Of a stretch of 64,000 nt of DNA, positions 54,260 to 64,000 are shown in pieces. The stretch covers positions 79,486,001 to 79,550,000 of the forward strand of contig OZ076409.1 of NCBI GenBank assembly GCA_964187785.1, read 5' to 3'. Origin of the DNA: Amphiscolops sp. MND2022. Lineage: Eukaryota. The stretch's first letter is position 1, and each line of letters opens with the position of its first letter. Made by a program: the position numbers and the translations under genes. Below the pieces are notes generated by a model. It did not search any database, was not told the origin of the DNA, and saw only the letters and a list, made by a program, of their open reading frames with translations.

Positions 54260-56180
54260 ATTTTTGGTATTTTTTGAAAATATTTTTGTTAATTTCTCTT
54301 CGTACAAGAAAGATACACACATGAAAGTGGTACCATTCGCTTCGTTATGAAAAGGGCTTCCAGCGGGATATAACCCAACAAGCTGGGTGTTTCATTTTCC
54401 AGACTTTTTTAAATGTTTTTTCGAAAAAATAAAAAAAAATGAAAATTTTTTGAATTTGTTTTGTCGATTTCTCCACGTATAGTAAAGATACGAGTGGGGG
54501 GTTGGTACCATTCGATTCAGCATTGAATGTACTTCCTTGGGGGTATAGCCCCCCACGCTGGGTTTTTTATTTTCCCGACTTTTTTTGATGGTTTTTGAAA
54601 AAATCTAAAAATTTGAAAAAAATACAAAAAATGTTTTGTCGATTTCTCCACGTATAGTAAAGATACGAGTGGGGGGTTGGTACCATTCGATTCAGCATTG
54701 AATGTACTTCCTTGGGGGTATAGCCCCCCACGCTGGGTTTTTTATTTTCCCGACTTTTTTTGATGGTTTTTGAAAAAATCTAAAAATTTGAAAAAAAATA
54801 CAAAAAATGTTTTGTCGATTTCTCCACGTATAGTAAAGATACGAGTGGGGGGTTGGTACCATTCGATTCAGCATTGAATGTACTTCCTAGGGGGTATAGC
54901 CCCCCACGCTGGGTTTTTTATTTTCCCGACTTTTTTTGATGGTTTTTGAAAAAAATCTAAAAATTTGAAAAAAATACAAAAAATGTTTTGTCGATTTCTC
55001 CACGTATAGTAAAGATACGAGTGGGGGGTTGGTACCATTCGATTCAGCATTGAATGTACTTCCTAGGGGGTATAGCCCCCCACGCTGGGTTTTTTATTTT
55101 CCCGACTTTTTTTGATGGTTTTTGAAAAAAATCTAAAAATTTGAAAAAATTACAAAAAATGTTTTGTCGATTTCTCCACGTATAGTAAAGATACGAGTGG
55201 GGGGTTGGTACCATTCGATTCAGCATTGAATGTACTTCCTAGGGGGTATAGCCCCCCACGCTGGGTTTTTTATTTTCCGGACTTTTTTTGATGGTTTTTG
55301 AAAAAAACTAAAAATTTGAAAAAAATCCAAAAAATGTTTTGTCGATTTTTCCACGTATAGTAAAGATACGAGTGGGGGGTTGGTACCATTCGATTCAGCA
55401 TTGAATGTACTTCCTAGGAGGTATAGCCCCCCACGCTGGGTTTTTTATTTTCCCGACTTTTTTGATGGTCTTTGAAAAAAATCTAAAAATTTGAAAAAAT
55501 TACAAAAAATGTTTTGTCGATTTCTCCACGTATAGTAAAGATACGAGTGGGGGGTTGGTACCATTCGATTCAGCATTGAATGTACTTCCTAGGGGGTATA
55601 GCCCCCCACGCTGGTTTTTTTATTTTCCCGACTTTTTTTGATGGTTTTTGAAAAAATCTAAAAATTTGAAAAAAAATACAAAAAATGTTTTGTCGATTTC
55701 TCCACGTATAGTAAAGATACGAGTGGGGGGTTGGTACCATTCGATTCAGCATTGAATGTACTTCCTAGGGGGTATAGCCCCCCACGCTGGGTTTTTTATT
55801 TTCCCGACTTTTTTTGATGGTTTTTGAAAAAATCTAAAAATTTGAAAAAATTACAAAAAATGTTTTGTCGATTTCTCCACGTATAGTAAAGATACGAGTG
55901 GGGGGTTGGTACCATTCGATTCAGCATTGAATGTACTTCCTAGGGGGTATAGCCCCCCACGCTGGGTTTTTTATTTTCCCGACTTTTTTTGATGGTTTTT
56001 GAAAAAAATCTAAAAATTTGAAAAAATTACAAAAAATGTTTTGTCGATTTCTCCACGTATAGTAAAGATACGAGTGGGGGGTTGGTACCATTCGATTCAG
56101 CATTGAATGTACTTCCTAGGGGGTATAGCCCCCCACGCTGGGTTTTTATTTTGTCGACTTTTTTCATGGTTTTTGAAAAG
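54260..56180. repeat. 175/176-bp tandem array, 10 near-identical units plus 1 diverged
   Basis: 'accattcg' at 54332 (diverged), 54507, 54682, 54858, 55034, 55210, 55385, 55560, 55736, 55911, 56087. Confidence 0.97.
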
Positions 56181-56674
56181 AAAAATGATGAATTTAGCGG
56201 AGGCAACAGTATAGATTGCTTAAAATCTTAATCGATGAACATTACTGGCTCACATCAGCCAATGAGTGGTCGAGCTATGTTTCAGTTTTCACTTTTACTA
56301 GTCTTCTTTCAACTAGAATAGGTTCTTCAGTTGAATAACCAAAACAAAACAACACTTGATGCCTCTAGAGAACACCTTGAAAGTTCGCAAGCTTTTGTTT
56401 ACGCTTGCTTCGCTTCAGCGTTAGTTTTTCTCTCCTATTACACGCTTCTGGGTCATCGCGTCTCTCTTTGTCTCCTCAACCTGTCCTACTTTGAACACAT
56501 ACCTGAATAATATGTTTGCTTAGGTATGCGAATTTCTTGTGGTTGTGTCTATCTACTAACTCGTAAAATACAAGTCAGCCAAGTTTTATGATACTGAACA
56601 GATATAATAACAAAATCATGAATACTGGACAAGAACTGAATGAAATATGTAGTTAGGAAAGTCCAGGAAAAGTT

Positions 56675-59600
56675 CTATTGAGAATCATCATCAGAACTCA
56701 GTATGATCACATGTCGTCGTCGTTTTCTTGAAGGTTGTTCCTCTTCTCCCACCGGATCGATTGAAATCACTTCACTTTCTTCTGCCTCATCATCTATGTA
56801 TGGATTTCTGACAGGCTCTGAAATTTCTTCTCCATACGTTGCATAAAAGTCGGAAATGTGGGTTCCCATAACTTCTGCCATGATTTCTAAGGTTCCTTCA
56901 TCCAAGTCAGACTCAGTGTATTCGTCTTGATGAAAGCCAGGGTCGGGCGGTGACCAACTGTCGTTCAGCTGTGTTAGCGTTCTGTTCAGGGCTGATCTTG
57001 GCGGAGGTGTTCGTTGCTCAGGTAGTGTCCTGTTTGATCTGTCGTCAAAATGTTCCGGTCCATAATCTCGCAAAAGAGTGTCCCACTCAGGACTTCCTAC
57101 CATTTCTTCTTCGCCCCAATCAGGATCTTGCAGTATTTCTCTGAAAGCTGCGATGTCTCTTATTAGATAGTGACCGAAAGGCAGGGTCTGAATACCGTTT
57201 TCTTGAATGAATCGCTTGTCATCGAAAGCGGATAAAGCTATTTTGTTGTTGCAAATTGTCTCCAATTGATGGTTATGGGAACCAATTCTTATGTTGTTTG
57301 TTCGGATCAGGTTATTCGTTGTAAGGACGTTTTTATACACGTCATGTTTCAATGATGTTTGAGCGAAGCGTGAAACTCCCTTGGCAGACAATTTTTGCTT
57401 ACCATCATCGAACTTGATGGAATACATCTTTGGCTTTAAGCCAACAAACTCTTCCATAATTTTTCCTCCCATTTCGTCTTTGAAAAGCAAAGTTACCATT
57501 TTGTTATTGTCACTGAAGAGAGGGTGATTTCTTGGATAATTCGAAAAGTCAAAGTTTTGTTTAAGCTCATGGTTTTCTACCAGTTCTTGGTACAAGTCCG
57601 GGTGCTTTATTTCGTAAAGTAAGGAATCAGTGTCTGAATAGACAAGCTGGCAATCGAAAAACTTTTTCATGACTTTGTAGTGGAAGTTGTACATGTGATA
57701 TTTAGCTAGCTCCAATACGCATGCTCCCACGATTGTTGGTTTATTCCAATAAATTTTGGTCTGCTTCAGAGTCACCGCAGCAAGATTTTCGTCGAAGATC
57801 TTGAATGTTTTCAACAGAGATTTATCAACCGCCTTTTGAGCTGCTAGTATAGTTCTAACCAGGTGAACATTTACGCGGTTTCTTTTACTCTCCAAGGTTT
57901 TTCCATAGCAGCTGTTATTCATGAGTTTGAAGAAACTTTCCTCGAATTTGTTGTTTGACTGTTGTCTCTTCTCCGTATTTTTCACTATGTAGGGTTTCAA
58001 CCAAGTGGATTGCTGAAATTGAAGTACTCGATGAACTTTTCGAACGACTAGACCCAGCTCTACATACAGTTTTAAATTTAAATAGTGTAGAGTATAATTG
58101 TTTTTGCTGTTCAGCGTTTGTACCAGTTTGGCTGTTTTCACATTTTTCATGCCCATTCGTTCTAGAATGTTTAGCTGATAGTCACTAAGAAAGGCTCCGT
58201 CAACAATCTCTTTGGTTGGAGCTAAAGGAAAATCCTCTTGAAGGTCGTGTAGAGCATCAGGATACTCCAAATCAACTTCTAGTATATAACCAACGGGAGA
58301 ATCAATTGGTGTTTGTAGAACGTGTTCCAGCGTGACGTTAACTTTTCTGAAGTCTTTCGTTGGAAGAGGTAATTTCTCCATCACTCCGCCATACAGGTTG
58401 TTGGCATCAACTAGGAACCCAAAAGTCGACTCTTCGTCTGGATTGAAGGACATTTGATATTTATTGTTAGCTTTGAAAAACCTCTTGGAGAAAACTGATG
58501 CTACACCACCTCGAATCATGTTTTCTGTCATTTCTAGATGTTCTCTGTCTGTGAGCAGCTCGATATCAGCATTACATGTTTTTAGGAATGCATCACCTGA
58601 CAAATGTGAGGACGTGAAGTAGTGAACAGGGTCGAGACTATAAGTGTCATAGCAAAGTTTTCTGAATGCCTCCACCACGCACGCCAGCAACAATGTGTCG
58701 CTTTTTAGGTAAAGATCATGATAATCTCCTAGACATTGGCATCCGAAAATTGCAAAAACTTTCTGTGCATGCGCGTACTCTGTTTCAGTAATAGATGTTT
58801 CGTTACCCTTCAAGCTGTTTGTCCAATACTTTAGGGGAGGTAACTCTTTCTCTGCAAACTTATCAAAGTTTGTAAAGTAATTGTAAGGATAAAATCCTTT
58901 CTTGTGCAATAATTCTTTTTCAACAGGTTGATAGTTTTCAAAGTAAGTGTCCATTATTTTGAAATTTTCTGGTGGTAGGTAACTAACCAATTTGTCCAAT
59001 GATGATGGTAAGAAGCGATACGAATCAATGAATCGTAAATATTCGTATACATTCTTTGTAACGCCGTTTTTATCAGTGAAAGAATTCACTTTGACGCCAA
59101 TGGACAAGGTGACGTACTTTTCGTCTGTCAAAGGGATAATGTCAACTTTGCATTCAGGGTCAAATTCGTGCAAGTTTTTACACAAATGATGAATATCATA
59201 ATTTGAAGAATTATGTGCTATAACTGGCACGTAGTTTGTGCTTCTCCTCTTCAAATTACATTGGTTGTGAGCGTATCCCAGGAACTTGCCTGAATAATGA
59301 CAGTGGTCCAACACTTTTGTCTCATCTACAAAGGGTGAGCAACAAATCCAGCATTCTGTTGCTTGATCACTTGTGTAAGGTGGTCTTCCCTGAAAGACTC
59401 GATGGCTTTGTTTTCGTTGATAGACTTCTCTGGCCACTGACTGGAGTTGATGCGCCAGTTTTTTCATACATGATTCAGATCTGTCGATCGATAGATAAGC
59501 AGGTTGATCAGATCCTTCTTCAATTATGGCGAAACAGAATCCGCATGGTTCATGCTTTTCTAAAACTCGAGTTTTGCTATCCTGATTCTGGCTCACATTT

Positions 59601-60943
59601 GTGGGAACGATCAGCGATTCTAAGTCGAAGTAAATAACCACTGGTGCGTTGGCCCGGGCACTGAAGTTTTGAAATTTTATTTTCTTTTGTTCTTCGGATG
59701 GCATCTCAATAGCCGCAGGTTCGAATTTACAGCAATTACCACGGTGCTTTTCGTAATTGATTGGCGTGCAGATATGGAAACAATTACGGCAAATAAGGTC
59801 TCCAGTTCGGGGACGACGTTGTCTCACGTGATTCACAAGATTCAATAAATTTTTTATCAAAACATAATGGTAGACGTCGTCCTCTTGTAACAATAGCAAG
59901 TCCATTGTGAAACCATGGTCTGTTCGCTTGGATAACCGGAGAGGGTAGAGCTGCTTTTTTTCGTATCTGAATATATTAACCTGCACGCTGTTCAAGTTTT
60001 CAAACCTCGGCAAATCTTTGAAGCCCATCGGCATGTCGTATAACCCGTTTGCTTGGTGAGCTGACGGGTTGTTAGAACTATAGAGAGTTGGACTGGTTAC
60101 TGTTCGCCATGTATCCGTTTCAAGTTCTGGGCCATGATGTGAGTGATAAGCGGCAGTAAAGCAATAAAGGAAACACTTGTTGTCGCGATGATTGCGTATA
60201 TTCAAAAGGCTGCGAAGACCTTGTAACTCACCGGGTAGTGCAATGTAAGACGAGCCTCTGACTGGTGTAAATTTCGCCATTTTCACTTCGAGGTGGTTTA
60301 TTTTTTCCAGAGCCCATCCGCTGCCATGAGCTGTGAAGGAACATAGAATAGCTAGCATGTTGTCAATCATATCGAAGTAATCCTCGGTGGAAAGCCCATC
60401 TGCGAAAACAGTTCTCATTTCCGTGTTCAAGTGGATCTCTATTGTTTCTGGATTTTCTTCGACAGGTTTCTGCAGTCGAATGTTTGCACTCATTTGCATT
60501 TTCAGTGGCGAACTTTGTGCATTTTCCAGTAAAGTTTGACGAACAATCAGCTCGTTCTGTAGCATGAATTGAATGAGGTCAATGCTACCATCACCATCTA
60601 CGTAAAAACTTTGGAACGTGTTTTTAAACGCTGATTTCGTTCGAATGTTTTCAGACGGATCAATTGGTTGGGACGCAGGTAAAGAATGTTCACTGTGTAA
60701 ATGATTTTTGAATTCCTTCTCTTGAATAAAGACTTTTTTACAGTAAACGCAAACCCTAACTGGGTTTCCTTCGTGCTCTGTTGATAGGTGTGATTGCATT
60801 TCTAGCAGTGAATGCGATCTGAAGTTGCAGAGACTACAAAATATTTCTTGGACGTTCCGCCTTACGCCATGAATGTTTTTGCGGTGGCGATTCAAGTTTT
60901 GTCGGTTAGCAAATGTTTTGGTACAGATATCACAACGCTGCAT
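56675..60943 (-). CDS. Protein-primed family B DNA polymerase with N-terminal C2H2 fingers and EndoVII-like insert
   Basis: FDLES, AHNSSNYD, KGFYPY, YLKSD, DANNLYG, KLMNNSCYGK, YSDTDS, PKMY and KGV motifs; intact 1422 aa. Confidence 0.95.
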   Translation of the reverse strand: MQRCDICTKTFANRQNLNRHRKNIHGVRRNVQEIFCSLCNFRSHSLLEMQSHLSTEHEGNPVRVCVYCKKVFIQEKEFKNHLHSEHSLPASQPIDPSENIRTKSAFKNTFQSFYVDGDGSIDLIQFMLQNELIVRQTLLENAQSSPLKMQMSANIRLQKPVEENPETIEIHLNTEMRTVFADGLSTEDYFDMIDNMLAILCSFTAHGSGWALEKINHLEVKMAKFTPVRGSSYIALPGELQGLRSLLNIRNHRDNKCFLYCFTAAYHSHHGPELETDTWRTVTSPTLYSSNNPSAHQANGLYDMPMGFKDLPRFENLNSVQVNIFRYEKKQLYPLRLSKRTDHGFTMDLLLLQEDDVYHYVLIKNLLNLVNHVRQRRPRTGDLICRNCFHICTPINYEKHRGNCCKFEPAAIEMPSEEQKKIKFQNFSARANAPVVIYFDLESLIVPTNVSQNQDSKTRVLEKHEPCGFCFAIIEEGSDQPAYLSIDRSESCMKKLAHQLQSVAREVYQRKQSHRVFQGRPPYTSDQATECWICCSPFVDETKVLDHCHYSGKFLGYAHNQCNLKRRSTNYVPVIAHNSSNYDIHHLCKNLHEFDPECKVDIIPLTDEKYVTLSIGVKVNSFTDKNGVTKNVYEYLRFIDSYRFLPSSLDKLVSYLPPENFKIMDTYFENYQPVEKELLHKKGFYPYNYFTNFDKFAEKELPPLKYWTNSLKGNETSITETEYAHAQKVFAIFGCQCLGDYHDLYLKSDTLLLACVVEAFRKLCYDTYSLDPVHYFTSSHLSGDAFLKTCNADIELLTDREHLEMTENMIRGGVASVFSKRFFKANNKYQMSFNPDEESTFGFLVDANNLYGGVMEKLPLPTKDFRKVNVTLEHVLQTPIDSPVGYILEVDLEYPDALHDLQEDFPLAPTKEIVDGAFLSDYQLNILERMGMKNVKTAKLVQTLNSKNNYTLHYLNLKLYVELGLVVRKVHRVLQFQQSTWLKPYIVKNTEKRQQSNNKFEESFFKLMNNSCYGKTLESKRNRVNVHLVRTILAAQKAVDKSLLKTFKIFDENLAAVTLKQTKIYWNKPTIVGACVLELAKYHMYNFHYKVMKKFFDCQLVYSDTDSLLYEIKHPDLYQELVENHELKQNFDFSNYPRNHPLFSDNNKMVTLLFKDEMGGKIMEEFVGLKPKMYSIKFDDGKQKLSAKGVSRFAQTSLKHDVYKNVLTTNNLIRTNNIRIGSHNHQLETICNNKIALSAFDDKRFIQENGIQTLPFGHYLIRDIAAFREILQDPDWGEEEMVGSPEWDTLLRDYGPEHFDDRSNRTLPEQRTPPPRSALNRTLTQLNDSWSPPDPGFHQDEYTESDLDEGTLEIMAEVMGTHISDFYATYGEEISEPVRNPYIDDEAEESEVISIDPVGEEEQPSRKRRRHVIILSSDDDSQ

Positions 60944-61279
60944 TTCGCTAGTTAAGTTTTAAGAATTTAATTTTTGTAATCAATTAGACTTGTTGTTCTA
61001 TCATTGGTTGATTTTAGGTTATGAATTTGCTGAGTGTTTATGTTCAAATTAGATTTTGTTGTTGCTCTCTGATTGGTTGTTTTTTGCTGAAAATTAATAA
61101 CCTGCTTATAAATATTAGAGTTTCTTGGAACTTTCATGCTGGAACTATTTCTTTTCGTATGCTATTGAATCGAAAACAATATGAAAGCAATTTATATTTT
61201 CAAAGAATTGGAAGCCTGAGCTTTCACATACATAAGCGGTACTTTTTTCAGGATATCAAAAGCTTGACTCAAAAGAAAG

Positions 61280-61948
61280 TCAAAACTGTGAAAAATCTAA
61301 AGTTTCCAGTTCGGATGGGTTAACTCTAGGAATCCTGCTCTTCTTTGGCGCTGGTGGGCACAATGCGTCATCTGATGACTGTTTTCTTGTTGGTGTGACT
61401 GATGTTTCGCATATGAAAGTGCTGTCATCCGCCTGCTCAACCATTCGCTGCGGTTCTTGTTCGTCTTCCAAAAGCATTTCACCCTCTTGAGTGCTGTCTT
61501 CTTGGGGTGGCGTCTTCAATGGGGATGGCGGTGACACTTCTTTTCTTTGACTAGATTCTTGAACAATTTCCCAAAACCATTCAAGGGTCTCTAGGTCACT
61601 GAAGTATCCCATTTGATTCTCTGACATGGGAATTTCCTCGCAGTCCCGCTCGAATAAAACTCTCCTGACTTCAGGCGGTAGTTGGAAGCGATCATAAATA
61701 GTGCTATGATCGAAGTTCTTATCAGCTGATTCTTCACCTTGAAGCCCCTTGGTGAGGCTCATAAGTTTCGTGTCTGTCTGTAAAACGTTCAAGACTGCTT
61801 TAGGCACAGAAAGGGAATTAATCACTTCCCAGGAATGAGCGATTTTTTGTTCGAGAACTATTGTGATCTTTCTATTGAACCAAGTTTCATACAGAGTGTA
61901 TCGTGTAGCTTCGTCGGAATCAGTTAGTACTTGTATGTCGAATTTCAT
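61280..61948 (-). CDS. Polinton hypothetical protein (acidic, S/P-rich C-terminus with PAPKK)
   Basis: 222-aa ATG ORF, co-oriented with PolB; no family recognised. Confidence 0.65.
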   Translation of the reverse strand: MKFDIQVLTDSDEATRYTLYETWFNRKITIVLEQKIAHSWEVINSLSVPKAVLNVLQTDTKLMSLTKGLQGEESADKNFDHSTIYDRFQLPPEVRRVLFERDCEEIPMSENQMGYFSDLETLEWFWEIVQESSQRKEVSPPSPLKTPPQEDSTQEGEMLLEDEQEPQRMVEQADDSTFICETSVTPTRKQSSDDALCPPAPKKSRIPRVNPSELETLDFSQF

Positions 61949-62398
61949 TATGAAGATCCGAAAGACAGAATGGTTCTTCGATGATTGAGTTTCAAGTTAA
62001 ATACCGTCTTTTCATAACAGCGAATTGTGTTTTAATGAATCTAAAACCGGAAAAGTTTCGATTAATCATCATCGTTTATTTGTTTTTCATAAAAGTTCCT
62101 AGACGTTTAACAAACAAACAGTTGATTTTTGGTCATTTTTTATTGCTGGCCAATTAAAATGATTAACTTTGTTCTGCTCTGTATGAAAAGCATAAAACTT
62201 GATGAAAACTATTTGATATTTTTATTGTTTGTAAACATTTAATGTTTTCTTTGTCTAGACTCAACGCTAACAAGTGAAATCTGAACTCAAACATTAAATG
62301 TAAACTTCTTTTTACCTGAAAACGGCTATTCTACACTTTCGAGATTTTGCAATCAGTTGTGATCATTATTCCGTTTTCAATTTGATCTCTCAAAAGCA

Positions 62399-62752
62399 AT
62401 GAGCGGTCGTTTTACTTCCACTACTGACCAAGAATTTGGCGACAGTTTCCTCGATATTTCGAAAACCGATAGGAGATTGATCAGAGTCACGACGAAGACC
62501 TACGAAGCGACCGGAACTTACATCTTCCTGAAGCTGTTCAAAATGGGCTCTGATGGCGAATTTCACATCGACCAACGCATTACCCTAACCGCACCGGAGT
62601 TTCAAGCTTTGATCAATAATTCGGAGAATATCAACATGGGACCACAACCTGTGAAAGAATGTGTGGTTGGAATCCTGAAGCGACCCGAGAAACAAATTAT
62701 TGCTACTGGCGTTTCCAAATTTAAAAAATTGTCACCTTCTAGTACTATTTGA
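62399..62752 (+). CDS. PC4-like ssDNA-binding protein
   Basis: RLIRVTTKTY..YIFLKLF..QRITLTAPEFQAL resembles the PC4 fold pattern, and PC4-like genes occur in Polintons. Confidence 0.6.
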   Translation: MSGRFTSTTDQEFGDSFLDISKTDRRLIRVTTKTYEATGTYIFLKLFKMGSDGEFHIDQRITLTAPEFQALINNSENINMGPQPVKECVVGILKRPEKQIIATGVSKFKKLSPSSTI

Positions 62753-62787
62753 AAGCGTTTGTATAAAAGCTAATAATTTACATTACT

Positions 62788-63468
62788 TTGGATTCACTTT
62801 TTGTCTTTGTTTTAGTTTATACCAAGTGTTTTTCTTGTGTGATGGTATTATTTTCTCTCGATCAACTAAAGCTTTTTTTCAGTCGGAAAATGGTGGAAGC
62901 AATGGTTGAGCGAACGCCTGAGTTTTTCCTAAAATTCCGAAAAGATTTTCGCTTTCTTGTTTCATATACTGAACCAAAAATTGGAGAGGACTTCAAGTCT
63001 ACGGTGAACTTTGTGTTTGGCTTCCATTCCGAGGAACATGATTTTTACTGTCAATTTTCACTACCGCATTATCATCTTCTTGAAATTGCGCGCAGTGGTC
63101 AATCAGACGAACGTGGACACATTGTGCCTTGTCTCTATTCTACATATTTCTTCCTGTTGCATAAATGCCGAAAATTGAAACGCAACGGCGAGATCATCTT
63201 GAGGTTGCAGCTGGCTGTTGACTACAATGAAAAATTGGGGGAAAATGGTTTTTTCAAGCGCCCGAAGAAAAACAAAGAAAAAATTCCATGCCTGAAGTTA
63301 TTCGACAAAGTTGAACGAGTGCCCGAAAGTGCTTTAAATTTCCTGAATCGTTTATGTATTTTGCTGAACGGACCTCATTCATCTGTTTTTCTAACAATCA
63401 TGGACATTTTGGTGAGAGGAAATGGATCAATCAGAACTGATACTATTCATTTTGTACTTCAATCTTAG
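62788..63468 (+). CDS. Polinton hypothetical protein with HxH motif (start probably 62842)
   Basis: 226-aa ORF containing FGFHSEEH..PHYHLL..YSTY. Confidence 0.55.
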   Translation: MDSLFVFVLVYTKCFSCVMVLFSLDQLKLFFSRKMVEAMVERTPEFFLKFRKDFRFLVSYTEPKIGEDFKSTVNFVFGFHSEEHDFYCQFSLPHYHLLEIARSGQSDERGHIVPCLYSTYFFLLHKCRKLKRNGEIILRLQLAVDYNEKLGENGFFKRPKKNKEKIPCLKLFDKVERVPESALNFLNRLCILLNGPHSSVFLTIMDILVRGNGSIRTDTIHFVLQS

Positions 63469-63640
63469 AATTTAAAACAAATTCTTGCGCTTTAAAATAT
63501 TTATTCGAGAGTAGATGAAAGTTTCAATGAAAGAGAATAATTTGAGAATAGTATGAAGTAAGCAGAAGTTTACACGAAAAAAGGTTATTTACAAAGACCG
63601 TTTCCTTGAAAAGTTTGAGTTAGTGCATATATGTTAGTAT

Positions 63641-64000
63641 CTACTGTTGCATGTGTGTAACAAATCGAATCAGTTCTGTCTCAGATATCACAGGAATTGT
63701 TAGGTAGCTGCCTCCTAAAGCATAGTGCGCTATATATATACAATAGAGTCCACATAGGTTAGATGTAGGTTTTTGGAGCGGATAATCTATGAGTTCTTTT
63801 ATGTTCAAATCGGCATAGGCTAAGCGTTTGTTGATGTTTGGGTAATTTCGGAGTTGTAGTCCCAAGGGGTCACCGAAAGCATAGTCCTCTGTATTTTTAC
63901 AGTAGAGAAGCCAATGCCTGCCTGCTTCATCTGAGTTGTCAGAGTTCACAATAACGAAGGTATTTTGGTCCAGTCGCGTTGGAAAGTTATCGGCGGCGTA
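63641..64000 (-). CDS. Adenain-like (C5) maturation cysteine protease, 5'-truncated by the window edge
   Basis: IVNSD..GRHWL..FGDPLG..LQKPTSNLCGLYC carries the catalytic H, D, Q and C. The frame stays open to 64000. Confidence 0.9.
   Translation of the reverse strand, partial: YAADNFPTRLDQNTFVIVNSDNSDEAGRHWLLYCKNTEDYAFGDPLGLQLRNYPNINKRLAYADLNIKELIDYPLQKPTSNLCGLYCIYIAHYALGGSYLTIPVISETELIRFVTHMQQ

Larger units (their letters stand above)
53851..64000. mobile_element. Polinton/Maverick (adintovirus-like) element, one end; continues past the window
   Basis: AGTAGT at 53851 (typical Polinton terminus), terminal repeat array, protein-primed PolB and adenain protease. Confidence 0.9.

Noticed and set aside
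54260..56180. CRISPR-like array or repeated 60-aa ORFs
   Set aside because: Units are identical end to end with no unique spacers and no cas genes, in a eukaryotic context. The ORFs are by-products of the repeat.

Overview
AT-rich, repeat-dense eukaryotic (invertebrate animal-like) genomic window; the species cannot be identified from the sequence alone. Host genes, all on the minus strand: a two-exon thiamine pyrophosphokinase (TPK1), an intronless-CDS NOP56, and the 3' five exons of an HD-PTP/PTPN23-like gene with a degenerate phosphatase P-loop. The rest is mostly mobile DNA. 1-8.5 kb is a decayed Ty3/Gypsy element with gag, protease, RT, an integrase tail and an env-like gene (furin site, fusion peptide, heptad region). 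Its apparent 3' LTR seeds an 8-unit, ~1.39-kb tandem array (8.15-19.1 kb). Also present: a 2.36-kb tandem-duplicated Helentron/HINE-like element, many copies of a shorter HINE-like family, two TA-flanked MITEs, MULE and LINE relics, and a second LTR element with a tRNA-Glu-like PBS. From ~53.85 kb to the window end lies an intact-looking Polinton/Maverick (AGTAGT end, Pol III A/B-box-like segment, 10-11 x 175/176-bp array, 1422-aa protein-primed PolB, PC4-like ORF, HxH-motif ORF, adenain protease) that abuts or interrupts a PTPN23 exon. All calls come from manual reading; no searches were run.
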